Part shown: one piece after another, positions 10,311-18,273 of the stretch
Layout of the letters: each line of letters begins with the position of its first letter
Position numbering within the stretch: position 1 is the first letter of the stretch
DNA from: Candidatus Binataceae bacterium
Lineage (GTDB): Bacteria; Desulfobacterota; Binatia; Binatales; Binataceae
NCBI GenBank assembly: GCA_035524375.1
Contig: DATKOZ010000047.1
Span: forward strand, 113,347 to 177,346
Length of the DNA stretch: 64,000 bases
Reading direction: 5' to 3'
Notes under the pieces: model-generated
Databases searched by the model: none
What the model saw: only the letters and a program-made list of their open reading frames with translations
Told to the model about the DNA's origin: nothing
Translations under genes and position numbers: made by a program

Positions 10311-10631
10311 TCAACCCTCGGGGTGGTAGTGTTCCTCGAGCAAATATTTGATATCGGGCCGGCCCAGCACCTCGATGAAACAGATTTCGCCGGCTTCGTT
10401 CAGATCGATAATCACCTGTCCTTCGATTGCCTGTAGCTCGACGCAGTCGGCAACCTTCACAGTAGGGGACGTGGCAAAGCTGGCGCAATTCTCATCGCCG
10501 CAGTCGCATATCGATTCAATTCGGAGCGTGCGAATTGCGGCTTCAAGCGGATCGGCGCCCTGCTGCTTGAGCAAAAACGCGATTTCTTCAAGCAAGTCGG
10601 GCAGCACGTCGGAAATCATCGGTGCCGGCAT
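10311..10631 (-). CDS. Hypothetical small acidic Cys-containing protein (106 aa)
   Basis: Complete ORF placed 17 nt upstream of the DUF4239-like gene on the same strand. Sequence ...ESICDCGDENCASF...CVELQAIEGQVIIDLNEAGEICFIEVLG. No recognisable family. Confidence 0.4.
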   Translation of the reverse strand: MPAPMISDVLPDLLEEIAFLLKQQGADPLEAAIRTLRIESICDCGDENCASFATSPTVKVADCVELQAIEGQVIIDLNEAGEICFIEVLGRPDIKYLLEEHYHPEG

Positions 10632-10682
10632 AGTTGCACCAGCGTAGTCGAAACTTTGTACCGATCAAGCGATGGCGTTACC

Positions 10683-11336
10683 CTAAACGCCGCGTTTATC
10701 GGCTCCCCAAATTTGCTTATGCAGTTGCAACTGCATCCGCGCGGGGATTCGATCTTCCAGAATCCATCCCGCCAGCTCTGCCGGTTCAAGCCTGCCGAAG
10801 ACCGGGCTTAGCAGCACCGCACCGACGCGATCTGCGAGACGGCGTGAGGCGATCGCCTCGCGCGCCCATTCGTAATCGGTACGGTCGGCAACGACGAACT
10901 TGATTTCATCGCGCGGGGTCAGATATTCGAGATTGCTCCACAGGTTGCGGTCGCATTCTCCGCTGCCGGGACATTTCAGATCCATGATCTTAATTACCCG
11001 CGGATCGAGCCGGCTCACGTCAATTGAGCCGGAGGTCTCGATCATCACGGCTTTTCCCGAATCGAGCAGCGATTGCATAAGGGGATAAACGCCCTCCTGC
11101 AGCAGCGGCTCTCCGCCGGTGATTTCGATCAGATCGCATCGATACTTCGCGATAATCTCGGCGACCTCGGCGGTGCGCATTCTGCGCCCTTCATAAAAGG
11201 CATACTCGGTGTCGCACCATTTGCAGCGCAGATTGCATCCGGTCAGCCGCACGAAGACGCATGGCCGCCCGGCATGGGTCGATTCACCCTGCAAGCTATA
11301 AAATATTTCGTTTATGTGAAGACGCTCAGAATCCAT
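10683..11336 (-). CDS. queE: 7-carboxy-7-deazaguanine synthase QueE (radical SAM)
   Basis: LTGCNLRCKWCDTEY radical-SAM cluster motif, plus IEITGGEPLLQ and the length (217 aa) typical of QueE. Confidence 0.85.
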   Translation of the reverse strand: MDSERLHINEIFYSLQGESTHAGRPCVFVRLTGCNLRCKWCDTEYAFYEGRRMRTAEVAEIIAKYRCDLIEITGGEPLLQEGVYPLMQSLLDSGKAVMIETSGSIDVSRLDPRVIKIMDLKCPGSGECDRNLWSNLEYLTPRDEIKFVVADRTDYEWAREAIASRRLADRVGAVLLSPVFGRLEPAELAGWILEDRIPARMQLQLHKQIWGADKRGV

Positions 11337-11388
11337 GCGAGCCGTGTTTGTGCTGCCGCCATTTAGACGCGCATCGATGCCTTCAATC

Positions 11389-11417
11389 TTTACATGCTAT
11401 CAGGGCGCCTATAGAAT
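11389..11417 (+). promoter_or_regulatory. sigma70-like promoter for dksA-like gene (TTTACA-17 bp-TAGAAT)
   Basis: TTTACAtgctatcagggcgcctaTAGAAT, 35 nt upstream of ATG 11452. Confidence 0.4.
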
Positions 11418-11451
11418 CGGAATCTCGGCTCAATGCCGGGTCATTCACCTG

Positions 11452-11808
11452 ATGAGGCAAAGAGACCTCAAGCTCTTCCGCAAATTGCTCGAAGGCCGCC
11501 GGCGCGACATTCTGGAGGAAGCGGAACGTGCCGTCGGCACGATGAACGGCGTCGAGGAGGCGTATGCCGACCCGACCGACCGCGCGTCGCTGGAATCCGA
11601 CCGCAACTTCCTGCTCCGGATGCGAGATCGCGAGCGCAAGCTGCTGGGCAAAATCGACGAGGCATTCACCCGCCTGGACGACGGTTCCTACGGCCTGTGC
11701 GAGGAATGCGGCGGCGACATCGGCGTCGAGCGGCTGAAGGCGCGACCGGTCACCACGCTCTGCATCGCCTGCAAATCCGCGCAGGAAGCGCGCGAACAGA
11801 AAACCTGA
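11452..11808 (+). CDS. DksA/TraR-family C4 zinc-finger transcription factor
   Basis: Coiled-coil N-part and C-terminal CEECGGDIGVERLKARPVTTLCIACK (C4 finger). Start moved to Met of MRQRDLK (track ORF 11335). Confidence 0.75.
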   Translation: MRQRDLKLFRKLLEGRRRDILEEAERAVGTMNGVEEAYADPTDRASLESDRNFLLRMRDRERKLLGKIDEAFTRLDDGSYGLCEECGGDIGVERLKARPVTTLCIACKSAQEAREQKT

Positions 11809-11837
11809 TCGCGGCCGGGCAAGGCAGTTCGAAAAAT

Positions 11838-12704
11838 ATGAAGGTCAAGAAAGCGGTCATTGTTGCGGCCGGGATGGGCACGCGGATGCTGCCGTCGTCG
11901 AAGGTCATCCCCAAGGAAATTCTGCCGGTGATCGATACGCCGGCAATTCAGGTCGTCGTGGAGGAAGCCGTCGCCTCCGGCATTCAGGAGATCATCATCG
12001 TGATCAGCCCCGGAAAGACGACCGTGGTCGATCACTTCATGCCGGTTGAGGCGCTGGAACGGCATCTCGAAGAGCGTGGAAAGCACGACATCCTGGAGTT
12101 GGTGCGCCGCAGCAATAAGCCGGCGATGATCACCGTCGCCGAGCAGCACAAGCCGCTGGGCCTCGGCCATGCGGTCCTGCAGGCGCGCGAGGCGGTCGGC
12201 GACGAACCGTTCGCGGTGATGCTCCCCGATGACATCTTTGATTGTCCGCGTCCGTGCCTTCGCCAATTAATCGATGCGGCGGAACAGATGGATGCCCCGG
12301 TTGTGGCATTGTGCAAGGTCGCGCGCAGCGAACTGTCAAAGTACGGCATCGTCGATGCGAAGCCGGCCGGTCCGCGGCTGCATGAACTGCGCTCGATGGT
12401 GGAAAAGCCAGCGCCGGAAAAAGCACCGAGCGATTTCGCGATCATGGGCCGCTACGTCCTGACTCCGGACATCTTCGCGCTGCTCGCCGAGGGCAAGCCG
12501 GGGACCGGCGAAGAGATTCAATTGACCGACGGCCTGATGGCGTTGGCGCAGCGGCGCAAGCTGTATGGATATGAATTCGAGGGCGTGCGCTATGACCTGG
12601 GCGATCGCGTTGGGTTCATCTCGGCGCAAATCGGTTTTGGGTTGAAACGGCCGGATTTGGCTGATAAGTTGCGGGCTTACCTGAAGTCGGTCCTCGCACA
12701 ATAA
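11838..12704 (+). CDS. galU: UTP-glucose-1-phosphate uridylyltransferase GalU
   Basis: KAVIVAAGMGTRMLPSSKVIPKEILPVIDTPAIQVVVEEA is the GalU N-terminal signature, with VEKP and a conserved C-terminus. The 135-aa N-extension in the track ORF (11433) is discarded. Confidence 0.9.
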   Translation: MKVKKAVIVAAGMGTRMLPSSKVIPKEILPVIDTPAIQVVVEEAVASGIQEIIIVISPGKTTVVDHFMPVEALERHLEERGKHDILELVRRSNKPAMITVAEQHKPLGLGHAVLQAREAVGDEPFAVMLPDDIFDCPRPCLRQLIDAAEQMDAPVVALCKVARSELSKYGIVDAKPAGPRLHELRSMVEKPAPEKAPSDFAIMGRYVLTPDIFALLAEGKPGTGEEIQLTDGLMALAQRRKLYGYEFEGVRYDLGDRVGFISAQIGFGLKRPDLADKLRAYLKSVLAQ

Positions 12705-12726
12705 GACCCGCATTGACGCCTTGGAT

Positions 12727-12802
12727 GGGGCAGTAGCTCAGTTGGGAGAGCACCACGTTCGCAACGTGGGGGTCGAGGGTTCAAATCCCTTCTGCTCCAC
12801 CA
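12727..12802 (+). tRNA. tRNA-Ala (anticodon CGC)
   Basis: Folded by hand: acceptor GGGGCAG/CTGCTCC with the G3:U70 Ala identity pair, D-stem GCTC/GAGC, anticodon stem CCACG/CGTGG, loop TTCGCAA (anticodon CGC), T-arm GAGGG-TTCAAAT-CCCTT, and 3' ACCA. Confidence 0.9.
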
Positions 12803-12837
12803 AACCCAAATCCAAGAGGGGCAAAGGGCTGCGCGAT

Positions 12838-14166
12838 TTGATCGGCGGCGCTACGGCGGTCAGCCTGGCGGGAGTGGTAGCCTCCGCGGCCACACCGCTG
12901 GTCAGCGTATCGCCGAATGCAGTAAATTTTGGCTCATCGACGGAGGGATCTCCGGCTCCGACTCAGAGCATTACGATTACGAATAATTCAGGTGGTACTA
13001 TGAATATATCCAAGATGACATTTGCGGGTGCGCTTGGTTTTGCGATCGCTTCTTCAACCTGCGGAACACCGATTGCCGACGCAGCGTCGTGCGTGGTCGG
13101 GCTCTCGTTCACGCCGCAGTCGATTTCCGCTTCCGGCACCACCATCAATGGCACGCTGACAATTGCCGACGATGTCGTTAGTAGCCCACAAAAGTTTGTT
13201 AATTTGATCGGGACAGGGACCGCGCCGGTATCGAACGCTATCGCCTCGTATGCCCCGACGCCGGTTACATTCGCGGCCGCGATGGGATACTCAGCACAAC
13301 AGAATCTCACCGTTACAAATACAAGCAGCAACCCATTGTATATGTCGAGCCTCACGCTGTCCGACCCGTCCGATTTCGGGATCGTGAACAACGGATGCCC
13401 GGTGACACCGAACAGCCTAGCGGCAAGTGGCAGTTGCACGATCGCGCTCGATTTCGCACCGCAGTCGAATGAGACGGTCGCGGGTAGCCTGATGATCGCC
13501 GACAATACCAGTTCCAGCCCGGAGACTGTCGCCCTGTCGGGCGCGACGCTTACCTGTCCGATCGGCCAACCCAAGGGTCCTACGCCTCCAATTGTGACTC
13601 CGAGGTTATTCTTCTCTGGTGGGGACACGCAACTTACTGTGACCTCGGTGGTGCCACCCGACCCCAATCTCATAGCGAGTAACGTGACACTTCTGCAGGT
13701 CGATTCGAACGGGAACAATCCGGTAGTGCTGGGGCAGATGTACGACGACGGGACGCATGGCGACGCAGTTGCGGGCGACGGCCAGTACACCGCACAGCCC
13801 ACCGTCAATATTTCTTCGGCTGGGAGGATATATCTCGCGGTGCGCACAAATTATTCGGGACCTCCGGGATGCCGGCAGTCGAATAACAACGAGCGCCCGA
13901 TTGACGTTACTCCGCCACAATCGCAATTCAATCGTGCCCAGTTCGACGCGGAAAACAATGCCCTAACAGCAGGGGAAAAATTCCTTCAAGATGACATCGC
14001 AGGCGGAAAAAGCACCGCGCAAGCGGCACAGGATTTGGTGAATTACATGAAGGCGAATTTTCCCGGAGTCGTTTCTGACGCGGCAGTTGCTGGGACCTTA
14101 AACGATCCCACCGGCGTCTCGGTAACATTCACCAGTGGACGGACGGGAGGCTTTCTTCTCGATTAG
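12838..14166 (+). CDS. Secreted protein with tandem Ig-like ASH/'choice-of-anchor D'-type repeats (start uncertain: TTG 12838)
   Basis: Two repeats of the pattern VNFGSS...TQSITITNNSGG...ISK..F.....F.I.SSTCG.......C.VGLSFTPQS...G.LTIADD..SSPQ.V.L.GTG. The track ORF start (12721) reads through the tRNA and is spurious. TTG at 12838 is in frame, follows AAGGG, and begins a hydrophobic leader. Confidence 0.5.
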   Translation: MIGGATAVSLAGVVASAATPLVSVSPNAVNFGSSTEGSPAPTQSITITNNSGGTMNISKMTFAGALGFAIASSTCGTPIADAASCVVGLSFTPQSISASGTTINGTLTIADDVVSSPQKFVNLIGTGTAPVSNAIASYAPTPVTFAAAMGYSAQQNLTVTNTSSNPLYMSSLTLSDPSDFGIVNNGCPVTPNSLAASGSCTIALDFAPQSNETVAGSLMIADNTSSSPETVALSGATLTCPIGQPKGPTPPIVTPRLFFSGGDTQLTVTSVVPPDPNLIASNVTLLQVDSNGNNPVVLGQMYDDGTHGDAVAGDGQYTAQPTVNISSAGRIYLAVRTNYSGPPGCRQSNNNERPIDVTPPQSQFNRAQFDAENNALTAGEKFLQDDIAGGKSTAQAAQDLVNYMKANFPGVVSDAAVAGTLNDPTGVSVTFTSGRTGGFLLD

Positions 14167-14248
14167 GCACCTGTGGAATATCGCTTCTGTGGTAGGCTCG
14201 CATTGTCTCAACGGGATTGTCAGCCGCGCAAATTCTGAGGAAAACGAT

Positions 14249-15475
14249 ATGAATGTTACAAAGGAGAAAATTGCCGCTTTTGTAAGCCTGATCGTAGTAG
14301 CTATCGTTCCATCATCTATATTCGCACAGGCGGTTACTACTTATACCACAAATTCCAAGAGTATCGTCTTAATGCCATACGTCGATGATTTCGGAATGTA
14401 CGATGCGGGCGGAAATCTGATTAATGACCTTCCAAAGGCGTGCGGCACCTCAGATCCCTTTCCAGTTGTCTACGCAAATGTAGAAGCCTTCAGAGGGATG
14501 GGCAACGATTACGGCGTGATAGGCATATCATCTCATGGATGGGTAAGGCCAGAGACCGGTCAGGTTGAAATTATGACCCGCGAACCAGTCCCACCGCTGG
14601 GCGCGCCTATGGACCAGAAAGATATTAATGATGTCCTCGATAAATACCTTGGTTCTCTTGAGCGTCCTCCAGAAGATAAGGACACTACCCCTTATTTCGC
14701 GATTACGCCGGCGTTTGTCTCTCATTACGCGTCGCCCTATGCGGTTAAGGTAGGTCCTAACAGTTACGGCTACGAACGCCTTAACTATGTGGCCGCATGT
14801 GAGTCCGATGCGAACCCGACGATGGCCGCAGCATTTGTCGGAGACGAAAGCATGGGCGCTTATTTCGGGTACACAGAGAAGGCTAAGGCTTGGCAGGAGG
14901 ATACAACCGCCTTTGACCTTTTTGGAGTCCTAACCAATTTCAAATTGACTGACGATCAGCGAACGACTTCGAAGGCATACGCTCAGGCTGGAACGGACGG
15001 CGGCTTTTCGTTGGATTCAGTTAGCGACCAGAACTTGGCGATCGGAGGCCCGATCGTGAACGGCGGGTTCGAGGACACGGACACCAACGGCAGCCACCTC
15101 GTCGGGTGGACACGGCACTTCGAGCCAAATGCGGGAGCGATGAAGGACGGCCACTTTTGTGGCGATGGTGATACGGTCTGTACGCCGGCAGCCGGCGACG
15201 AGGCCTCGAAGGCCACTCGAGATGAGGCAAAGACTGGAAAATATTCCGCAGAGCTAGGACGGTGGGAAAATTCAAAAGGGCCGCCCGGTACTGATATTTG
15301 CACCGACTCGGTCGATAAGCAGGAGTCGGCTGGAGATGACCAAATATATCAGGATGTTACATTAGGAAAACGCACAGCGAATGGTGGCCCCAAATCGTTC
15401 ACGCTTACTTTCGATTACATTCGTTCTCCACCCCAAAGTTTGACGCTTAGTCCATTGCTCGAGTTGGAATTGTAG
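14249..15475 (+). CDS. Secreted hypothetical protein (409 aa); possible clan-CD (caspase/gingipain-like) His...Cys arrangement
   Basis: ATG at 14249 follows GAGG. Signal peptide MNVTKEKIAAFVSLIVVAIVPSSIFAQA. Motifs VIGISSHGW and LNYVAACESD each follow a hydrophobic strand. GC content by eye is about 45-50%. Confidence 0.5.
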   Translation: MNVTKEKIAAFVSLIVVAIVPSSIFAQAVTTYTTNSKSIVLMPYVDDFGMYDAGGNLINDLPKACGTSDPFPVVYANVEAFRGMGNDYGVIGISSHGWVRPETGQVEIMTREPVPPLGAPMDQKDINDVLDKYLGSLERPPEDKDTTPYFAITPAFVSHYASPYAVKVGPNSYGYERLNYVAACESDANPTMAAAFVGDESMGAYFGYTEKAKAWQEDTTAFDLFGVLTNFKLTDDQRTTSKAYAQAGTDGGFSLDSVSDQNLAIGGPIVNGGFEDTDTNGSHLVGWTRHFEPNAGAMKDGHFCGDGDTVCTPAAGDEASKATRDEAKTGKYSAELGRWENSKGPPGTDICTDSVDKQESAGDDQIYQDVTLGKRTANGGPKSFTLTFDYIRSPPQSLTLSPLLELEL

Positions 15476-15633
15476 AACGAATCCATACGATTGCCCCTCC
15501 TTTAGGCAGCTGTATTCGTGCATGTGTAGTAGCGGCTTAGCTGGGTATTTTATCGGTCGCGGCTCACGTTTCCTTCCTTAGCACATCCGATCCACCACGT
15601 CATTGTTGCAGCTTTCCTAACACGTCCGCTGGT

Positions 15634-15954
15634 TCAAAATTCCCAGGGCAGGTCACGGCGGTTATCCTTGGCTTCGCGGATTTTGGCTTGGGCGTTTCGC
15701 AATTGGGCATCGAGCGGTTCGGTGTCCATCCGCGCAACAATCTGGCCCGCATCGACGGTGTCGCCTTCGTGGGCAAGGATCTCCGCGATTCGGCCCTGAT
15801 ATTTTGTCGCGATATCCACCTGCTTGGCTTCCAGCTGGCCGTTAGCGCCGGCGAAACCGGGAGGCAGCGCGGGCTTGTTCAGGATAAACCACGCAATCGC
15901 TCCACCGCCAACTACGACGATTATTAGCCCTAGGTAAACAAATTTCTTCGACAT
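15634..15954 (-). pseudogene. Truncated N-terminal fragment (106 aa) of an HlyD-family membrane-fusion protein
   Basis: MSKKFVYLGLIIVVVGGGAIAWFIL... (TM), then QLEAKQVDIATKYQGRIAEILAHEGDTVDAGQIVARMDTEPLDAQLRNAQAKIREAK (biotinyl/lipoyl-like hairpin and start of the coiled coil), then a stop. Full-length HlyD proteins are 350-450 aa. Confidence 0.5.
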
Positions 15955-16234
15955 TGGCTTACCCTCGGAGCTATCTTGCGCCTATATTTGGACACGGTGC
16001 AATCATGGCTGTCCCTATTCGAAATTCCAAAAAGCGCGGAAAGCCAAAGGCTCTCTCGTGTCTCTCAAGTCTCGGGGAAGGCTAGCCTTATCTAAAACAG
16101 CGTTCTAGTAGCGTTCCGGCATTCGAGCGCGCTGTCAACCAATCGGGCGTCAACCGCCGCTGATCAACTCGCGTTATAGAGAGCACCTCGCATCAGACTG
16201 TGTCCTCCACCAAAACCAAACCGCACGGCGCGAA

Positions 16235-16261
16235 GGGAAATCGGCACATGGCCGATTTCCC
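16235..16261. promoter_or_regulatory. Perfect palindrome GGGAAATCGGC-acatg-GCCGATTTCCC (half-site recurs at 16575-16586)
   Basis: Seen directly. GCCGGATTTCCC appears again 110 nt upstream of the OMF gene. Confidence 0.3.
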
Positions 16262-16332
16262 GCGCGGGGCGCGTTTCGGCTCTTAGTCAACCCCAATGCA
16301 ACCGAATCGGCCCGATGCCAGCCTGCAAGCGG

Positions 16333-16455
16333 GTTGTGGTCCGCAAAAACGCTTCGCATCCGGTTGAAACCAAATAATTCTTGGGGATCTTGTCAAAATC
16401 CCCAAGAACTATGGAACGTTTAAGCCCATGCAAATTATTTTTGCGGACCACAACC
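16333..16455. repeat. 18-bp perfect inverted repeat GGTTGTGGTCCGCAAAAA...TTTTTGCGGACCACAACC flanking an internal 11-bp-arm palindrome (16378-16408 TTCTTGGGGAT-N9-ATCCCCAAGAA)
   Basis: Seen directly. A nested hairpin architecture of about 120 nt (MITE-like or structured RNA/regulatory site) in the leader of the efflux operon. Confidence 0.35.
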
Positions 16456-16689
16456 GTTCAGCATCTTTTACCGGACACCCAGGATAGCCCTCGTGACGCT
16501 TGGCCGCCACAAGAATATTTTTCGGAGCACTGCGGGAACACGAATGAGCGTTGAGAAGTAAAATCGAGATGTGCCGGATTTCCCTGCGGTTTCGGAAATT
16601 TGATATGGAGAAGATGCTAAATTTCAAGAGCACCGATGCGATTCGGGACGAAACATGGGATGTTCTGCCGCCCCCTGCGGATAATTTGA

Positions 16690-18273
16690 ATGCATTTTCA
16701 CCGCATACTTGAAAGTGTCGTGCTGACGACGGCTTTGGTAACGAGTGGCTGCCTGATCGGACCCAACTTCAAGCGGTCCGCAGCGCCGGTTGCCGCCAAA
16801 TGGTCGGAAACCGGCAGCCAGGGAGTGGATTCCGAACGTCGCGAGTATCGGGATTGGTGGACGTCGTTTAACGATCCGGTGCTGACGCATTTAACTCAGA
16901 TCGCCTACCTGCAGAATCTGACTTTATTGGCTGCCGGTGTCAGGGTCCTTGAGGCGAGGGCACAGCTTGGAGTTGCAATTGGCGAGTTCTACCCGCAACA
17001 ACAAACCGTAGGTGCATCTCTCAGCTACAATCGGATCCCGGATTCGTTGCCGTACAATATTATCAACAACACTTACTGGGCCGATCAATTCGGGGCGCAA
17101 GCGGCTTGGGAACTCGATGTGTGGGGTAAAATCCGCCGTGGCATCGAGTCCGCGGATGAATCATTTTTAGCTTCGGTCGCCGATTATGACGACGTACTCG
17201 TCACTATGACTGGTGATGTGGCAAGTACGTACGTGCAAATTCGCACTCTTCAGGACCAGATTGCCATCGCCAATCAGAATGTTGACCGCCAAAAGATCGC
17301 ATGCCAAATCGCCGAGGCAAAATTTCATGGCGGCACCGCGAGCAAGCGCGATGTATATCAGGCCGAGAATGTTCTGGGTTCCACCGAAGCTGCAATTCCT
17401 GCCCTCAATATTCAGCTGGCAGAAGCGAAGAACTCGCTGTCAGTGTTGCTCGGGGTGCCTCCCGGAATGCTCGATAAGTTACTGGCGGGGTCCAAGGGCA
17501 TCCCGACTGCGCCGGAGCAAATTGCCGCCGGCATTCCGTCAGATTTGCTCGTCCGGCGTCCCGATATCCGTCGCGCGGAACTGCAGGCGGCTGCACAATG
17601 CGCCCAGATCGGCTTCACCAAGGCGGACTTGTTGCCGGCCTTCAACCTGATCGGGAGCGTGGGAACCCTTTCCGGCACTGTAGGTACGTCGACGCTTGCC
17701 ACCGCCTTTTCGGCCAGCGCTCTGGTTTACAACGTCGGCCCATCGCTGCAGTGGAACATTCTGAATTATGGTCAGATAACCAATAACGTGCGCGTTCAGG
17801 ATGCGAAGTTCCAAGAGTTGCAGATTCAGTATCAGAATACCGTGCTCAAGGCGCAGCAGGAGGTCGAAAATGGCCTGGTTGTCTTTGTCGAGTCGCGCAA
17901 TCAGGCCAAATTTTTGACGGAGAGCGTCACAGCCGCAGAGGGTGCGCTCAGCATAGCAATGCTTCAATATCAGCAGGGTATTCTGGACTTCACCACCGTT
18001 CTGACCGCTGAACAGAATCTGTATCAGGCGCAAAACAGCCTGGCCATTGCGCAGGGAAATGTGCCGCAGGGGCTGATCGCAACATACCGGGCGTTGGGGG
18101 GAGGATGGCAGATTCGTATGGGCCATGATTTTGTTCCGCAAGAAACGCGTGACGAGATGTCCGATCGAACCAATTGGGGAACATTGCTGACGCCGAGCCT
18201 GATGAAGCCCAAAGCGCCGGGACTCCCCGGTCCAAAGGATTCATCGCCGGCGCCGGGATTGCCGGAATGGTGA
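16690..18273 (+). CDS. RND efflux outer-membrane factor lipoprotein (NodT/TolC family)
   Basis: Lipobox LVTSGC. Two OEP repeats, with conserved Arg/Asp-rich helices (RRPDIRRAELQAAAQ...). Confidence 0.85.
   Translation: MHFHRILESVVLTTALVTSGCLIGPNFKRSAAPVAAKWSETGSQGVDSERREYRDWWTSFNDPVLTHLTQIAYLQNLTLLAAGVRVLEARAQLGVAIGEFYPQQQTVGASLSYNRIPDSLPYNIINNTYWADQFGAQAAWELDVWGKIRRGIESADESFLASVADYDDVLVTMTGDVASTYVQIRTLQDQIAIANQNVDRQKIACQIAEAKFHGGTASKRDVYQAENVLGSTEAAIPALNIQLAEAKNSLSVLLGVPPGMLDKLLAGSKGIPTAPEQIAAGIPSDLLVRRPDIRRAELQAAAQCAQIGFTKADLLPAFNLIGSVGTLSGTVGTSTLATAFSASALVYNVGPSLQWNILNYGQITNNVRVQDAKFQELQIQYQNTVLKAQQEVENGLVVFVESRNQAKFLTESVTAAEGALSIAMLQYQQGILDFTTVLTAEQNLYQAQNSLAIAQGNVPQGLIATYRALGGGWQIRMGHDFVPQETRDEMSDRTNWGTLLTPSLMKPKAPGLPGPKDSSPAPGLPEW

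Noticed and set aside
12721-12837. Track ORF start MDGAVAQLGEHH... for the 12721-14166 ORF
   Set aside because: These codons are the tRNA-Ala gene itself read as protein. The real CDS must begin after 12802.
16409-16633. 74-aa minus-strand ORF in the efflux-operon leader
   Set aside because: It is low-complexity, has no RBS, and overlaps the palindromic elements. The region is better interpreted as noncoding.
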